This document shows positions 1 to 12,610 of a stretch of 64,000 bases of DNA, piece after piece. The stretch lies in NCBI RefSeq assembly GCF_036321535.1, contig NC_087436.1:67272001-67336000 (forward strand). Reading direction: 5' to 3'. The notes under the pieces were generated by a model. It did not search any database, was not told the origin of the DNA, and worked only from the letters and a program-made list of their open reading frames with translations. Positions within the stretch are counted from its first letter, which is position 1; every line of letters starts with the position of its first letter. A program made the position numbers and the translations under genes. Origin of the DNA: Camelus dromedarius (Eukaryota).

Positions 1-339
1 GTCCTTTCTTTTCTCAATAAATGTTAAGGTTCTTGAAGGCAGAGATGGAATGTTCTCTTTTCTCTACATAGATAGAATAAATTTGTTGCATACCTTAAAG
101 TTACCAACAACAACTTAGCCTATAAGTATTTATTATATTTATTAAGGGAAGAACCCTGGAGTCTTGAAATTGGAATCAGAATTATTTTCACTAATTATGT
201 GGAAATAAATCTGTAAAATTAGTCAATATAATTATTATATTAGTCCAATATTTAGAACATGTCAAAATAATCTCATCCATTTGAATTTAGGGAAACATCT
301 AACCTAATGTATTTTTCTGTCCCTCAAATTATTTGCTTT

Positions 340-720
340 TGTGCTGTCTTTGGCCTGGAGTCCACATCTCTCTGATCTTTCAGTGGCCTGTTTCTTCTCA
401 TCTGACAGGTGGATATCAGCTCAAATGTCATCTTATTAAATGGGGCCTTTTGAAGACCTTCTCTAAAGCAGGACCACTCCCATCACACCCAATCCCAATA
501 TGCTTTTCTTTTACTCTGCATAATTTTAATCACTATCTGAAATTATTTTGTTTACTTTTTTTCATTTTTAGTTTTTCTTCTCCCACTAGAATACTAGCTC
601 AATGACGTCAGAGACAAGATCTGTCTTAATCATATTTTTATACCCAGATTAGGATAGATTAGAACAGTAGCCAGAACATAATAGATGTTTAATACATATT
701 TGCTAAATGAATTAATGATT
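340..720 (+). mobile_element. L2 LINE 3' end remnant
   Basis: Resembles the L2 3' end: tcaaatgtca...cccactagaat...tagatgtttaatacatatttgctaaatgaattaatga. Boundaries approximate. Confidence 0.7.
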
Positions 721-1039
721 TATGTGAGTTTAAAATTTTTCTTTTGGTGATATAAACAAAAATCAAGAATATTATGATTCAGAGGGGTTAAAGTGATCTT
801 TCCTACTGCCTGTCAGAAATTCAGAGGAAAATAATATTATACAGATGTATAAGTTGCCCCCAAACTTTTTATATTAAAAAGTATTGCTATAGATGAAAAA
901 ATTACCCGAAGTATTAAGATGAAACAAGTCACTTGAAAGAGATAAAATTTAGAGACATATCCAAAGGAGATTAAAAATTATAGTTATCTGATAAGAACTT
1001 TAAAATAATTATGATAAATATATTTTAAAATTGTAATAT

Positions 1040-1920
1040 AGATTTCTGGATGAAACACGTTAACAAGCACTAAATCTACTTTTCCATTCCCACAGTAAAT
1101 GATTATAAAACTATCAAGAATATATGAGGTGACAGTTTTCAGGTTTTTAGACAATTGGCAGCACAAGACTATGATTCTTAAAAACAGTTAAATACAGGGA
1201 GGGATAGCTTATTCTGCTCGGATCCCCCAACTATACCAAGGAAGTATGGGGTCATGTTGAACAGAGGAGGCTGAGAATGGATTTTGTGGCCTTGAAGCAG
1301 CTGGAATTTATGGAATGGATTCTAGGAAGGAATAAAAGATGTGCTTGCTAAGCAGGATACGCAGAAGTTTGTGAAGGGGACCCCCATGGGCTTTCAGCTG
1401 ATTATTGAGCTGAACATATTCAAAGCAATACTCCATTAAGTAAGCCTAGCAGAAAGAGCCTTCTGTTGGGGTTGCTCATAGCTGAGAGCTGTAGCAGTTT
1501 CACCTGGACTGAAAGCAGAAGCATCCAGATAATGACTTAAGGCAATCAACTGAGAGCTAAGAAAAGCCACAGTTTGGGAGTAAAGACTACAACCGAGGTA
1601 AGAGACATACAACCAAAAATTAATAAAAACCTATCAGGATAAAAAATAATTCTTTCATAATTTAACTTCTGCCCACAACCAAATCAAACATTTTACAAGA
1701 ACATAATGTAATCCAGAGCTTCTATAATATAGCATCCTCAATATTCAATATAGAAAAAAAGAGTTACTAGACACATGAAGAAGAAGGAAAATAACCATAA
1801 TCAAAAAGAGTCTAGCCAATATAAATAGTCAAAAGATAACTAATATGTTGGCCATAAGAAACAAGAAATTTAAAACAACTACTTAAAATACATTCAAAAG
1901 TTGAAAAAAAAAAAAAGAAG
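1040..1920 (+). mobile_element. Ancient L1M 5' UTR region, left part (split by MLT1)
   Basis: Degenerate L1M 5'-end-like, A-rich sequence that continues into ORF1-like sequence after the MLT1 at 2380. Confidence 0.55.
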
Positions 1921-1929
1921 GAAAGAAAG

Positions 1930-2379
1930 AATTAGTTTGCTAGGCTTATCATAACCAGTATTACAAATTAGTGGCTCAAATCACGTACATGTATTTGTCT
2001 CCCATTCTGGAGGGTAGAAAGTCAAAGATCAAGGTGTTCACAGGATTGATTCCTCCTGAGAACTAGCTGTGAGAGGTAACTTTTCTGCTCCTCTCACCTA
2101 GCTGCTTGTGGTTTGCTACAATATTTGGTACTCCTTTGTTTATTGAAGCAGCATATTTTCTAATTCTGCCTTAATTTTCATATAGCATCCTCCCTGTGTA
2201 TGTGACTGTATCTAAACTTCCTCTTTTTATAAGGATAATAGTCATATTGTATTATGGCTCACTCTAAGGACCTCATTTTAGCTTAACTAGTTATATCTCC
2301 AAATAAGGTCACATTCTGAGATCCTAGGAGTTAGGACTTCAACATAGGAATTTTGGGGAACACAATTTAACTCATAACA
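1930..2379 (-). mobile_element. MaLR solo LTR (MLT1C-like) nested in L1M
   Basis: Ends attagtttgctagg... and ...cacaatttaactcataaca match reverse-complemented MLT1 termini. Internal aagatcaaggtgt and ccaaataaggtcacattctgag motifs present. About 450 bp. Confidence 0.85.
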
Positions 2380-3220
2380 GTAAGTAAACAGATTTAGAAC
2401 CTCAGCAAAGAAAAATAATAAAAAATAAAATAAAAATTATATAAGTTACAGCAAAAAAAGTGGAATGAAAATTAACTGAATGAGTTCAATAGTAGATTAG
2501 AGACCAGAAAAAAATTAGTTAATCTGAATACAAACCAATAGGAATTCAGTCTAAAGAATAGGGAAAAACAGCTAAAAAATAAGTAAACAAAACCTCAGTG
2601 ACTTGTGGGGCAATATCACTTAATCTAAATATTTATAAACAGACTTGCAGAAAGAGAAGAGAGAAGATATTGAGAAGAGAAAACTATTTGATGTGATAGT
2701 GTGAAAAATATCCCAAATTAATGAAAAACCATAACCTACAGATCCAAGACTCTCAGTGAATCCTAAACTGGATGAATGAAAACTACACCTAAGTACATCA
2801 TAGACAAAATGCTGAAAATCAAAGATGAAGAGAAATAATTAAAAATTGCCAAAAAATAAGACAGAGTACATACAATGGAACAGCAATGCAAATATCAGTT
2901 CCCTTTTTATCAAAAACAATAGGGCCAGCTGAGTGGAATTATTTTTTAAGTATTAAAAGAAAAAAGCCTATCAACTTATAATTTTACACCTAATAAACAT
3001 ATACTACAAAAATGAGAGTGAAATAAAAATAATTAGACATAAGTAAAAAATGGAATTTGCCTCCAGCAGACTATAGTATATTAAATGCTAAAGGAAGGTC
3101 TTAATCCTTAAAAGAAATGATGGTAGACAGAAGCTTGGATACTCAGGAAGGATTTAAGAGCACTTTATATGGTGCAAAGGAGTAAAGCAGCAAATATTAA
3201 TTTTCCTTAAATAACTTTAT
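2380..3220 (+). mobile_element. Ancient L1M ORF1 remnant
   Basis: cccaaattaatgaaaaaccataacctacagatccaagactctcagtgaatcc...cacctaagtacatcatagacaaaatgctgaaaatcaaag resembles L1 ORF1 (PNLMK.INLQIQEAQ..TPRHII.KL.K). Many stops. Confidence 0.75.
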
Positions 3221-6200
3221 ATACAATAATTCAATGTAATGAAAAAAGAAGCTCCTCAAATTGTTACAAAATCTATAATGTTTTGAGTTTTTCTTTAATT
3301 ATGAAAAAATACATAGAAATAAGTCATACAATCTTAACACTTTAAGAAATGTGATAAATGTGGGATATACTGTGTAATACTGCCTTTTTAAAAATTAAAT
3401 CCTTGTACACATTCACTAAAGCAAAAGTTAATGTGTAAATAGCAAAAATTTTTTTCAAGTTGATATTTGCATAGTAAGTTAATTATTTGTTGGTCCCTTT
3501 TTGAAATCCAGTAGAATTTTAATATGCTTAGAACTGTAGAAAATGATAGTAACTTTATATACTTCAAAAGGGTAATAATGTATCAGAATTGAAATCTGAG
3601 TGCGACATCATTTATGATGCTGAAAGTTGAAATGAATGCTTTGCAAATATTTTCATACTCGAAACTAGTGCACCGGTTGTGCTTTGATAATTCTTAATGA
3701 CTGTGTGTCTGCAAGGTAGATGCAAGCATGAGCATTCGCCTGCTGCTTCTAGTACATCAGTGGTTAGCAAAATAAAAAAAGATAAAATTGGCATAGAGAG
3801 ACTAAAGACAAGTGTAAACACCTTAATCAAGGGTTTTAGGTTTTTTGGTTTTTGTTCTTTGGGATTTTTGTGGTTTTTGCTGTCAGAGGGAGTGAAGATG
3901 GCAAATTGACAGTCAAAGGGAAGTCAGGAGGTGTAGGGAAAAGCGTTATCATGTGCACAGTCTTTTGACTCCCTCTTGGCCACTTAAGAATAGGCCTTAG
4001 GCCTGGAACACTTCTTCTTCTACAAAGAGATAAAAGAGCCCACACAGCCTGTATCAGGCTTCTTACCTTGTGTGGCAAAAGCTTTCCCTGTTGAAGGCTC
4101 AGTGAGTTTTCTTTTGTTTTGTTTAAGCTTATACATCACTGTGCACATCATCAACATTAGGTATTTCAGACTCCACAGAGAAGGAGTCTAGAGTCTCCTG
4201 GAGCATGAGAAGAGTGTGCATAAGCCATTTGCTTTGCACTGGCTTCAGGAGAGGGGTTTGGTATCCACTGGCCATGAGGGAATGACACACAATATTGTAG
4301 ATGATCTTTCTCTCTATTCTATGTGAGTAGAGTGTTGTTCCATCCAGTGCTTGACTGCACTATGTTTTTCTTGGTGGCTTTGATACTAAGATGCAATGGG
4401 CAAAAGTGTTTGGAATCCCTGAAATTGGTGACCATTTTACAGTGTGCTCCCTTGGGATGGATGACAGATGCACGATGATCTACTGAACAAGAGATGGTTT
4501 TGGTTTTGAAAGAGAATGTATAATGTTAAATTGCATAGAGTGCTGGTAATTCTGGGTGTGTTGGTATTAAGAGGTATTAACCTACAAAGGTGATTGCCAA
4601 GCACTCAGCTCATTTTATTTGAAACCGTCATGTTCCTTATTTTCTGCTAAGGGGAGCTACTTCTTGAGGAAAAGAGAAGAGTGTGATACCATCTTTCATT
4701 CTCAGACAGCAATGAAGGGAGATTATCTGGCTCTAGAGCCACCTATTTTTTAGTTTAACTAGTAGTTTATGATGAGACCTAATAAAATAATCTCTCATTT
4801 ATTAGGATTATTATTTACTGGAATTATTTATGAGAGGTGAATTGCAACTGAGCCATTTTGAGTCTCCCATTAAGAAATTTAAACTGAATAATAACAGTAT
4901 ATCAGTTCAGAATTTGGAAGAAAGTTTTAGACCCATTAAATGAGGGATGGCTGTATTTTTGGTCTTATACATTACATGAGTTTTGGGTTTTCAGACTTCT
5001 CTTGTTTCATTTTTAGAATTCATCACAGTGTTAAGATACCTGAATCCTTGTTTTCTCCCCTAAAAAATGAGTCTAGAACATTAAAAAATTTATACCAATA
5101 ATAATTCAGTAAGGAATAGATCTTTAGCTGAAACATAGAGCATTTCAACATGGTTATGATGTAGTGAAAGAGTGAAGGCCATGAGGATTTTGTTCCAGTG
5201 AGAACTGAGTATCACATCACTGGGGTCCATTAGGAACACAGATCATGTACACTTAAAGTGAGGATATTCGGATACAAGATAATATGTGAGATAAGAACGA
5301 TGGGCTAGATCACTGCTTACTCGGCATTAAATGCAATGGAAATGACACACTCTGATACCATATTTTCTAGATCCAGACTCAAGCTGTGAAGCTATGACAA
5401 CCCTACCAAAGAGGCCTTTGTGCCCTAAGACTGATAGAAACCAGATACCAAACCACATTGTCCATGATCTTAAAACTCAACATCATATAAATTGTCAACT
5501 GGGCTTATTTCCATGGCAGATTGGAACTGTGTCATCAGACAGGAGTATGTCTGGGATATCTAAGCAATTCATCACCACAGTCAGTTTCTGTCTTATCACA
5601 CGCTTCTGCTTCTGTTGTACTCACTGTGATTATTTTCTGAAATTATCGAAGAGATTATAGATAGATAAATTTTCTGCTCATTTTTACTATATCCACAGTA
5701 TCCACAGCAGTGCTGTGTCTTCTGTAGCAAGAACCGTGCCTAACACTTACCAAATCTGAAAGACCATGAGTAAATACATGGTTGAAATACTAGAAAGAAA
5801 CTAAGTTATTGCTGTAAAATGTACAAAACGTATGTACCATTGGAAACACTTCTGATTGCTTTTTTTTCCTAATGAATTGAATCTTTAAGAAGCTTGCCTC
5901 ATGACCTATGACTAGGGTCCAGACACACCAAGGGCCTGATGGAGCTAAGCAAAATCTATTTACATTCAAAATTTTAAGAATTACCTAGGTAATACTGACA
6001 GACTTCAGTAGGCATTATTTCAATATGAATTTGTAGATGGTTGCCCAGAGGACATGAGGTATAATTTTAATGATTGCCATATGGGATGCTTAGGTAACAC
6101 CTCATAAGTAATAATATGTTTAAAGAAAATATGTAGGTAGCCCTCTGTTGCACTAATACTTAACTGAGTAGGCTAAGACAGTCTCGGATCCAGAATTCAC

Positions 6201-7696
6201 CCATTCATGCTAATATGATAGAATATATATCAAGGCATTCAAAGATTAAAGGAAAAATAATTATTTATTAATAGTTAATAAGGATCTGTTTTGTATTAGT
6301 TAATCTATTTTGTGTGTCCAAATTTTGTCTCTAATTATATTCCTGTCAGTACTCCCAAAACACCTTTACTTTGTTTAATGACTATTGGTGAGGAAGGCCA
6401 TACTTATGTTGAAATGGACAATACTACACTCTCCTGAAAAAGATAAGGACCCCAAGACCAGGGGAGAAGCCAAGGGTGGTCTCTTATAATTAGCACTTGC
6501 TTAAGGATTCAGGATCCTGACATGTAACTCTACACAATTCATATTAATTAGCTCTACATTTCAATAATGTATTTAAATAAGACAAATAAAAATAATCCCT
6601 TCATTTTTTAGTTTATGACCAGAATATGAATGTTAAAATTAGTTAAATTGTTCAAGAGATCAATATGAAATATGTCCTGGTGTCTTGGATCCACAATTTC
6701 TACAAACTATAGTAGACATGTTAATGTTCAATCTACATTATTTTTTAAAATGAGATAATTAAAGGTATTATATATTGGTCATTGTTGAACCAAAGTACAA
6801 CAAAAGTGAAGACTTTTGTGTTTATGTGAAAAGAGGTTAGTGATGTAACTTGATGGGCTTTGGGATAGATCATCCTCAAATATATTTCTTTCACTAGTGC
6901 CTAGAATTCAATAAGCAGATATTTATTTCTGAATCCTCCATTGTCCCATATTATTGTTTTAACTAGTTTGGAATCTGTTATCAGACACAATTTAAAAGTA
7001 CAGGTATCAATGTATATATTTAGCAGAGTGGGTAAGAAAGAAGTGAAATAAGAAATGGAAGTGTTAAAGATATCAGTTTAAAAGGTATCATGAAGCCCCT
7101 TCTGAAATTATTTTTACTGGAAAAATATTGCCAGGCGTTTTATTACAAATAGGACCCACAATTATTGGAGAAATCTCCATTTGGTGATCAATAAGGGAGG
7201 AAAAATGCCTCAAATATCACATGCTTTCTTTCATAAGGATCAAAAGACATGAAATTTTTTTTTCTCCCAAACATAGTACTTTTAATTATTTGCATGATTA
7301 TTTTATTCTTAATTTCAGTTATAAGTCACAGTGCTATTCATACTTGATTTGGAGAGCAGACTAAATATTTTGGTGTTGTCGCTAACAGCAAGTTGTACAA
7401 TTGAGACATTTAGTTTTGGCACACAAAACTCATCTGATGTTTCATTACAATAAAAAAGGAACCAGGATTTGGCCCTGAGAAACTGAGGGAAAATTCTCAA
7501 ATATCAATTTTATAGACAGTTTTATATGAAAACTTTGGATGTGTTCGTTGCTCCATTTAACATTTGGAAGATTATCATTAGTGCAGCTTTTCTGTGATTT
7601 TTCTAATAAAGCAAACAAATAAACCAAAATTAAATGTGTAGAAATTATAATGTGATGGGAATAACTTTTTTTCTGCTTAATGTTTTAAACTGATGT

Positions 7697-8010
7697 TGTC
7701 CTAGGTAGTATTCCCTGGAAACAGGCTGTCAGTTTGTTATAAGATGAGTTGCATTTAGAATATTTTGGGTGAGTTCTCTCAGAAGACACACTTGTGAAAA
7801 GGTGGAAGTAGTATTGAAAGAGGGAGAAGCTGATCTGTAGTATAGTGGGACTGAGCAATCAACCAATTCTAGAATCTGGTGGATCCAGTTGTCAGCACCT
7901 GGTATCCACTCTGAAGAATGCCAAGGAGGAATATGTTTGGTGGTAAGAAAAATCATCCTGGTGTCTCTTGGGGCTCCTGGTTTAAATAGTAAGTAGGGAT
8001 ATGCAGCAGC
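7697..8010 (-). mobile_element. ERVL LTR remnant (LTR16-like)
   Basis: tgtcctaggtagtattccctggaaacagg...gagttctctcagaagacacacttgtga...agagggagaagctga resembles the reverse complement of LTR16-group LTRs. Confidence 0.45.
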
Positions 8011-9519
8011 CACTGCCTGGCCCTTATTCAGAATTTAATATTTAGTGACTGTTTTGTAGAAACCCGAACATATTAAATCAAAATCAAAATGCAAAGAAAA
8101 AGTTGCTTTTTGTAATATGTTAAATTGTGAGACAATACATGAAGAACCAAACACTTCCAATATTTTTTCAGCTCCGCATTCCCCACATTGTTAGACCTGC
8201 ATAGTGATATTTTTATTTCTTTGCTCTATTTAGGGCACATTATATGATTTCTGGAACTTTTCTGTGATCCCTGAAAACTGAGTTGCCACAAGCAGCAAAG
8301 GACACATTCACCCTTGTTTTTCTTCTCTGCATCCAAACCTTTCTGTATGGTGGGCTGCCTTTCAGCTTACACAAGGTTTACCAAGTCACACCCTTTGCCA
8401 TCACTTTATTTCAGTGCTGTGCTTTGCTTCCTGGGTTTTAATAGGAAGCTGGCTAGTGATTTGTCACATTATGGATCAATGCCCTAATTAGAATTCAACA
8501 CTAAAATATCTTCTGTTTTTACTTCCTATTATAAATACTCATTACTGAAGTGTTACTTGGTTAATTCTTTCCTCAGCTGGCTAAGAAAATTCCTAGGTAG
8601 TTGCATTCCAAGAAGAAAGTTCTTACTCAGGATTCCAGAGTCCCAAGTCACTAAATTCTCTCTTGCTTAAGAGACAAAAAAGGTGAGAAATTGAAAATAG
8701 AGATTCTGAGCCTGGTTGTTTATTAACTAGCAAAGTTGTCGTTATATGTCAAGAGAGAGGAAGAGAGAGAGAGAAAGAGATAATTTGAAAGAGAAAAATA
8801 TTTATGCCACTTCGCAGTCTCAGTAGGGAGAGTTTCAGATTTCCCTAAGTATATCCAAATTGCATCATTTTTTGAGTATGTAATGCTGTTAAAGCAATAA
8901 TACAATGTGTATCTACTCTAAAGGTAACTGCTCTGCCTATGCCTGTGCAGAAAAGATACTTTTCTCCTGAGATTTTTGCAAATAAAAAAATCTGTTTGTC
9001 AGCAAAGTAACAGCTTCAATCAATGTCTCTTTTAGCTTATGTAAGAGATACTGATTAAAATAAGGATGATTCACAGATGGAACATGAAGCACACTGTTCC
9101 CCTTGTATATTAAAGGACAAACAAACAAGGTCTCTTCAGACTTCAATTTTCTGTCAGAACGATCAGAGAACAGTAACTGAGTGGCATCCATTAGGGAGAA
9201 TCAAGGCCAACTATGGCAATAGGTTTTGGTAACTGCCTGAGAGTATCTCATGGGAACTATGAGACTCTGACAAAACAGGGCACTCTTTCTGTCATGTAAG
9301 GCATCTGAATGCTGGCCTTTATTTAAGACTGACATTTGGGTGATTAACTACGTTTTGAACTTTTGTACTCATTCTTTTTTGTCATATTCTCATTCTTAGT
9401 CAAAGAGTAGTCACACCTTGCCTCTCTGATGTGATGTATAGCATTTTAACATCTGTTCCAGATTTTTCTTCTTGATTACACCTGACTCCATGGGGTCCAA
9501 CATACTGGAAATTTTATTC

Positions 9520-10310
9520 AAATTCTGACTGTAAGTGCTCATCAATTATTAAGACTTATCACCACCACTTCTTTAAACTTCTCAAGTCTCTCTCCCTTTG
9601 CTTGCCCCCTCCCTTTCTCTCCCTTTCACTTCCATTGAATTGTTTTAATCCATAATCCCATGTGACTTGACTTATTTCAACAACTGCCTATCTGATCTCT
9701 CTTCCTCAGGCTGCCTACCCTTCAAGATGTTTCCACACTGTAGTCAGAGTGGTCACTCAATATTTCAGCTTCAGTTGTTTGACCCTGATGCTCAGAAGTC
9801 TTCAGTGGCTTTGCATTATTTTTAGTTTTAGGTTTGACTCATTAAAATGATCTAGGAATTCTTTGACCTAGGCTTGCATTTCCAGCTGTACCTCTCCAGT
9901 CTCTCAGCTCTACCTCTTGCCCTGCTTAATGACCTCCAGTTCCACAAGGCCCCCCTCTCTCACCAGCCCTCATTTACATATGACAGTCCCTCTACTTGAA
10001 ATTCCTTTCTGCTTGGGCAACTCTTACGTACTTCAGATTTATTTTCAAATATTATTTCCTTAGGGATATTTTTGTTTATTTTTCCAAGACTAGTTCGGTG
10101 GCTCTCCTATGGCTGCCCAAGCCTACGTGCTGTGTTTACCTCTATAGTAGAACTTACCAAGCTGTATTCTAATCACTTGCTTTCTTGCCATCTCATAGCC
10201 TACGTAACACATTCCTTCAGGACAGGAGCCTAGTATTGTTGGCTGTTACATACTTAACTTCTTGAACAGTTAGTGGATGCAAAATATTTATTAGATAAGT
10301 AGATGAAAAA
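9520..10310 (+). mobile_element. L2 LINE remnant
   Basis: Pyrimidine-rich L2-type sequence (ttccacactgtagtcagagtg, cttcagtggctt) ending in aaatatttattagataagtagatgaa. Confidence 0.6.
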
Positions 10311-10704
10311 ATTAACATGGTTTTATTTATGTATATGTTGAGATTATATTTTCTAGTACAAGCTTGCTTTTATTTTCTCAGAGTTTGACATTTGTGAGAC
10401 TACATAAACTTAGATGCAACTTTGAGAAAAGTTCCCTTTCGTTCAGGGGAGGTGGAGGATACTTGAAATTGATTAAAATTCTCAGAATACATTTTTGCAA
10501 TCCTCAAAGAATGTGTAGCAATATGGAAACTATATAAAACTATAGAGGAAATTTAAGTTTCTTGCACACAAATGGAGTAATCAAAAATAGATGACAACAA
10601 AATTCTACCAGATCTCTTTGGTTTATTTCTGACAGAGTTCTTAAATGAGTATTGATAAGACCTTGGACCATTTCATGGTGTAGCTTTCTCTGAAGGTATG
10701 AATG

Positions 10705-10757
10705 GGACATGTTAACAGTCAAGTGTTTGTATGGACACGTTAACAGTCAGGTGTTTG
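10705..10757. repeat. 28-bp tandem duplication
   Basis: ggacatgttaacagtcaagtgtttg / ggacacgttaacagtcaggtgtttg, 2 mismatches. Confidence 0.85.
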
Positions 10758-11439
10758 AGGAACGCAGAAAGGTGTCCTTACTTGTATCATTAGATGCTGA
10801 GAATCACATAAACTGTAAATCTGAGAAATAATGGGGAACTTGTCACATATGTTTTTAGGGCTTCTTTGGGCAGGCATTTCTGGAATCCTTTTGTAAAGGA
10901 TATACCTGGAATCAACTAGTTAACTCTTTTAGGAGAAACTATAGCTAGAGGAGATGCACTCTGGGAATCTACACTTCTACACATAGAACAACTTTTCTAG
11001 AACCACTGGGTTTCCATTTAGGGGAAAAGAAACATAACAAGAAAAGGAAAAGTTATTCCTATGACTTATGTATTCTGGTAAACATTAAAAACTTCTGAAA
11101 GTATTGAAAGAAAACTGAACTTGGGTTGGAAAGTCTTGATTTCACGCAAGATTTACTATTTAGCTGTTACTCTTAAAGTTAAGTCACAGAAAAGAATCAC
11201 CTGATGATTGTGGAAGCTAACATTTTGATCACAATTTTTTTAAAGAGTAACTTAGCAGAGTAAGCCACAGAATGGGAAAGGCATAAGGGCAACTTAATAG
11301 TGAGCTAGCTCAGCTCCCAAAGCTGCCTCTCTGCTGAAATTCCAGCAGAGAATAGAGATCATATGGGGTAGAGAATCACTCCAAAATAATAGTGGAGACT
11401 TTCTCCAGTGTAAATTAATCAGTATTGTTCTGAACTAAA

Positions 11440-11830
11440 AGCCAAGGAATATATATTGAATTTCTGCTCTTTGTCAGGAACTTAGGTCTATGATACATTT
11501 ATGAATTGGAAAAGAAAACAAATGAAAAGAAAATATTGCTGCCATTATGGAATTTACTTCATAGTAGAGGAGGAGACTAAAATAGAAATTAATAAACATT
11601 TAATCAATTATGTGATGATAAAAACTGTGAAGAAAATAAGGCACAGGAATGAGAATAATAAAAATGGGGATCCAGAAAGTCACATTTGAAAGGGAAGGGT
11701 TGCAGATGATGTAAAACGTGTGATGCCCTAGGATAGAAAACTCGAGGAGGTTAGTGCACGAGAGCTGAGTCATCCAAGGGAGTATGGCAGGAACAGGGTC
11801 TGAGGGGCCCACTGGCAAAACTGGATTAAC
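11440..11830 (-). mobile_element. L2 LINE remnant
   Basis: gccattatggaatttacttcatagtagaggaggagac...gagctgagtcatcc...ggcaggaacaggg resembles antisense L2. Confidence 0.55.
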
Positions 11831-12084
11831 TTAATCCAAGTTGAGAATACAATCCAAATTCTGTGGCCCATTCAAACTGTGTTACTAAAATAAGAAAGGT
11901 AAAATATGTAGATACCTGCTAAACCAAAGCGATACATTGGTAAATATCAAACTTGCCAATACAATGCACAGTTTGACAATGTAACAGGAAAAATGTATAA
12001 ACATATCATTTGATTGAAGTGCAAAAATCTTTCATGTCAGAGTTTTAAATATATTTCTCAGAGTTCTTTGTATTTGGACATTCT

Positions 12085-12380
12085 CTTTTTTTAATTTTTA
12101 TGTTTTTTAACATTTTTTAGTTGAGTTATAGTCATTTTACAATGTTGTGTCAAATTCCAGTGTACAGCTCAATTTTTCAGTTATACATGAACATACATAT
12201 ATTCATTGTCACATTTCTTTTTTGCTGTGAGCTACCACAAGATCTTGTATATATTTCCCTGTGCTATACAGTATAATCTTGTTTATCTATTCTACATAAG
12301 CCTGTCAGTATCTACAAATTTTGAACTCCTAGTCTGTCCCTTCCCACCCGTCCCCCTCTTGGCAACCACAAGTTTGTATT
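12085..12380 (-). mobile_element. Young 5'-truncated L1, 3' UTR only (~290 bp)
   Basis: T-rich tail then L1 3' UTR highly similar to the copies at 42.5 kb and 57.7 kb. TSD tttgtatttgg(a/g)cattct at 12067-12084 and 12373-12390. Confidence 0.92.
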
Positions 12381-12419
12381 TGGGCATTCTGTTGTTAGCA
12401 GTTCAAGATAGTATTTCAA

Positions 12420-12610
12420 TATTTCTTTAATGCTTTAAAATTCTCATCTCACTTTTACTTACAATATCCCATTTTGATTTTTACAACAATCTTGGTAGAT
12501 GGATTAGATGCAGATTATTACCCTAGGGCTACAGCAGAGGACACTTTCAATCAGATAATTAAATGACTTTAGCAAAGATCTTTAATCCAAGATATTAGAC
12601 TGTATTATGC
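12420..12610 (-). mobile_element. MIR remnant
   Basis: ttttacaacaatcttggtagatgg...attattaccc...taattaaatgactt resembles the antisense MIR core. Confidence 0.4.

Noticed and set aside
10705..10757. Short direct repeats as a CRISPR-like array
   Set aside because: Only two adjacent copies with no spacers, in mammalian DNA.
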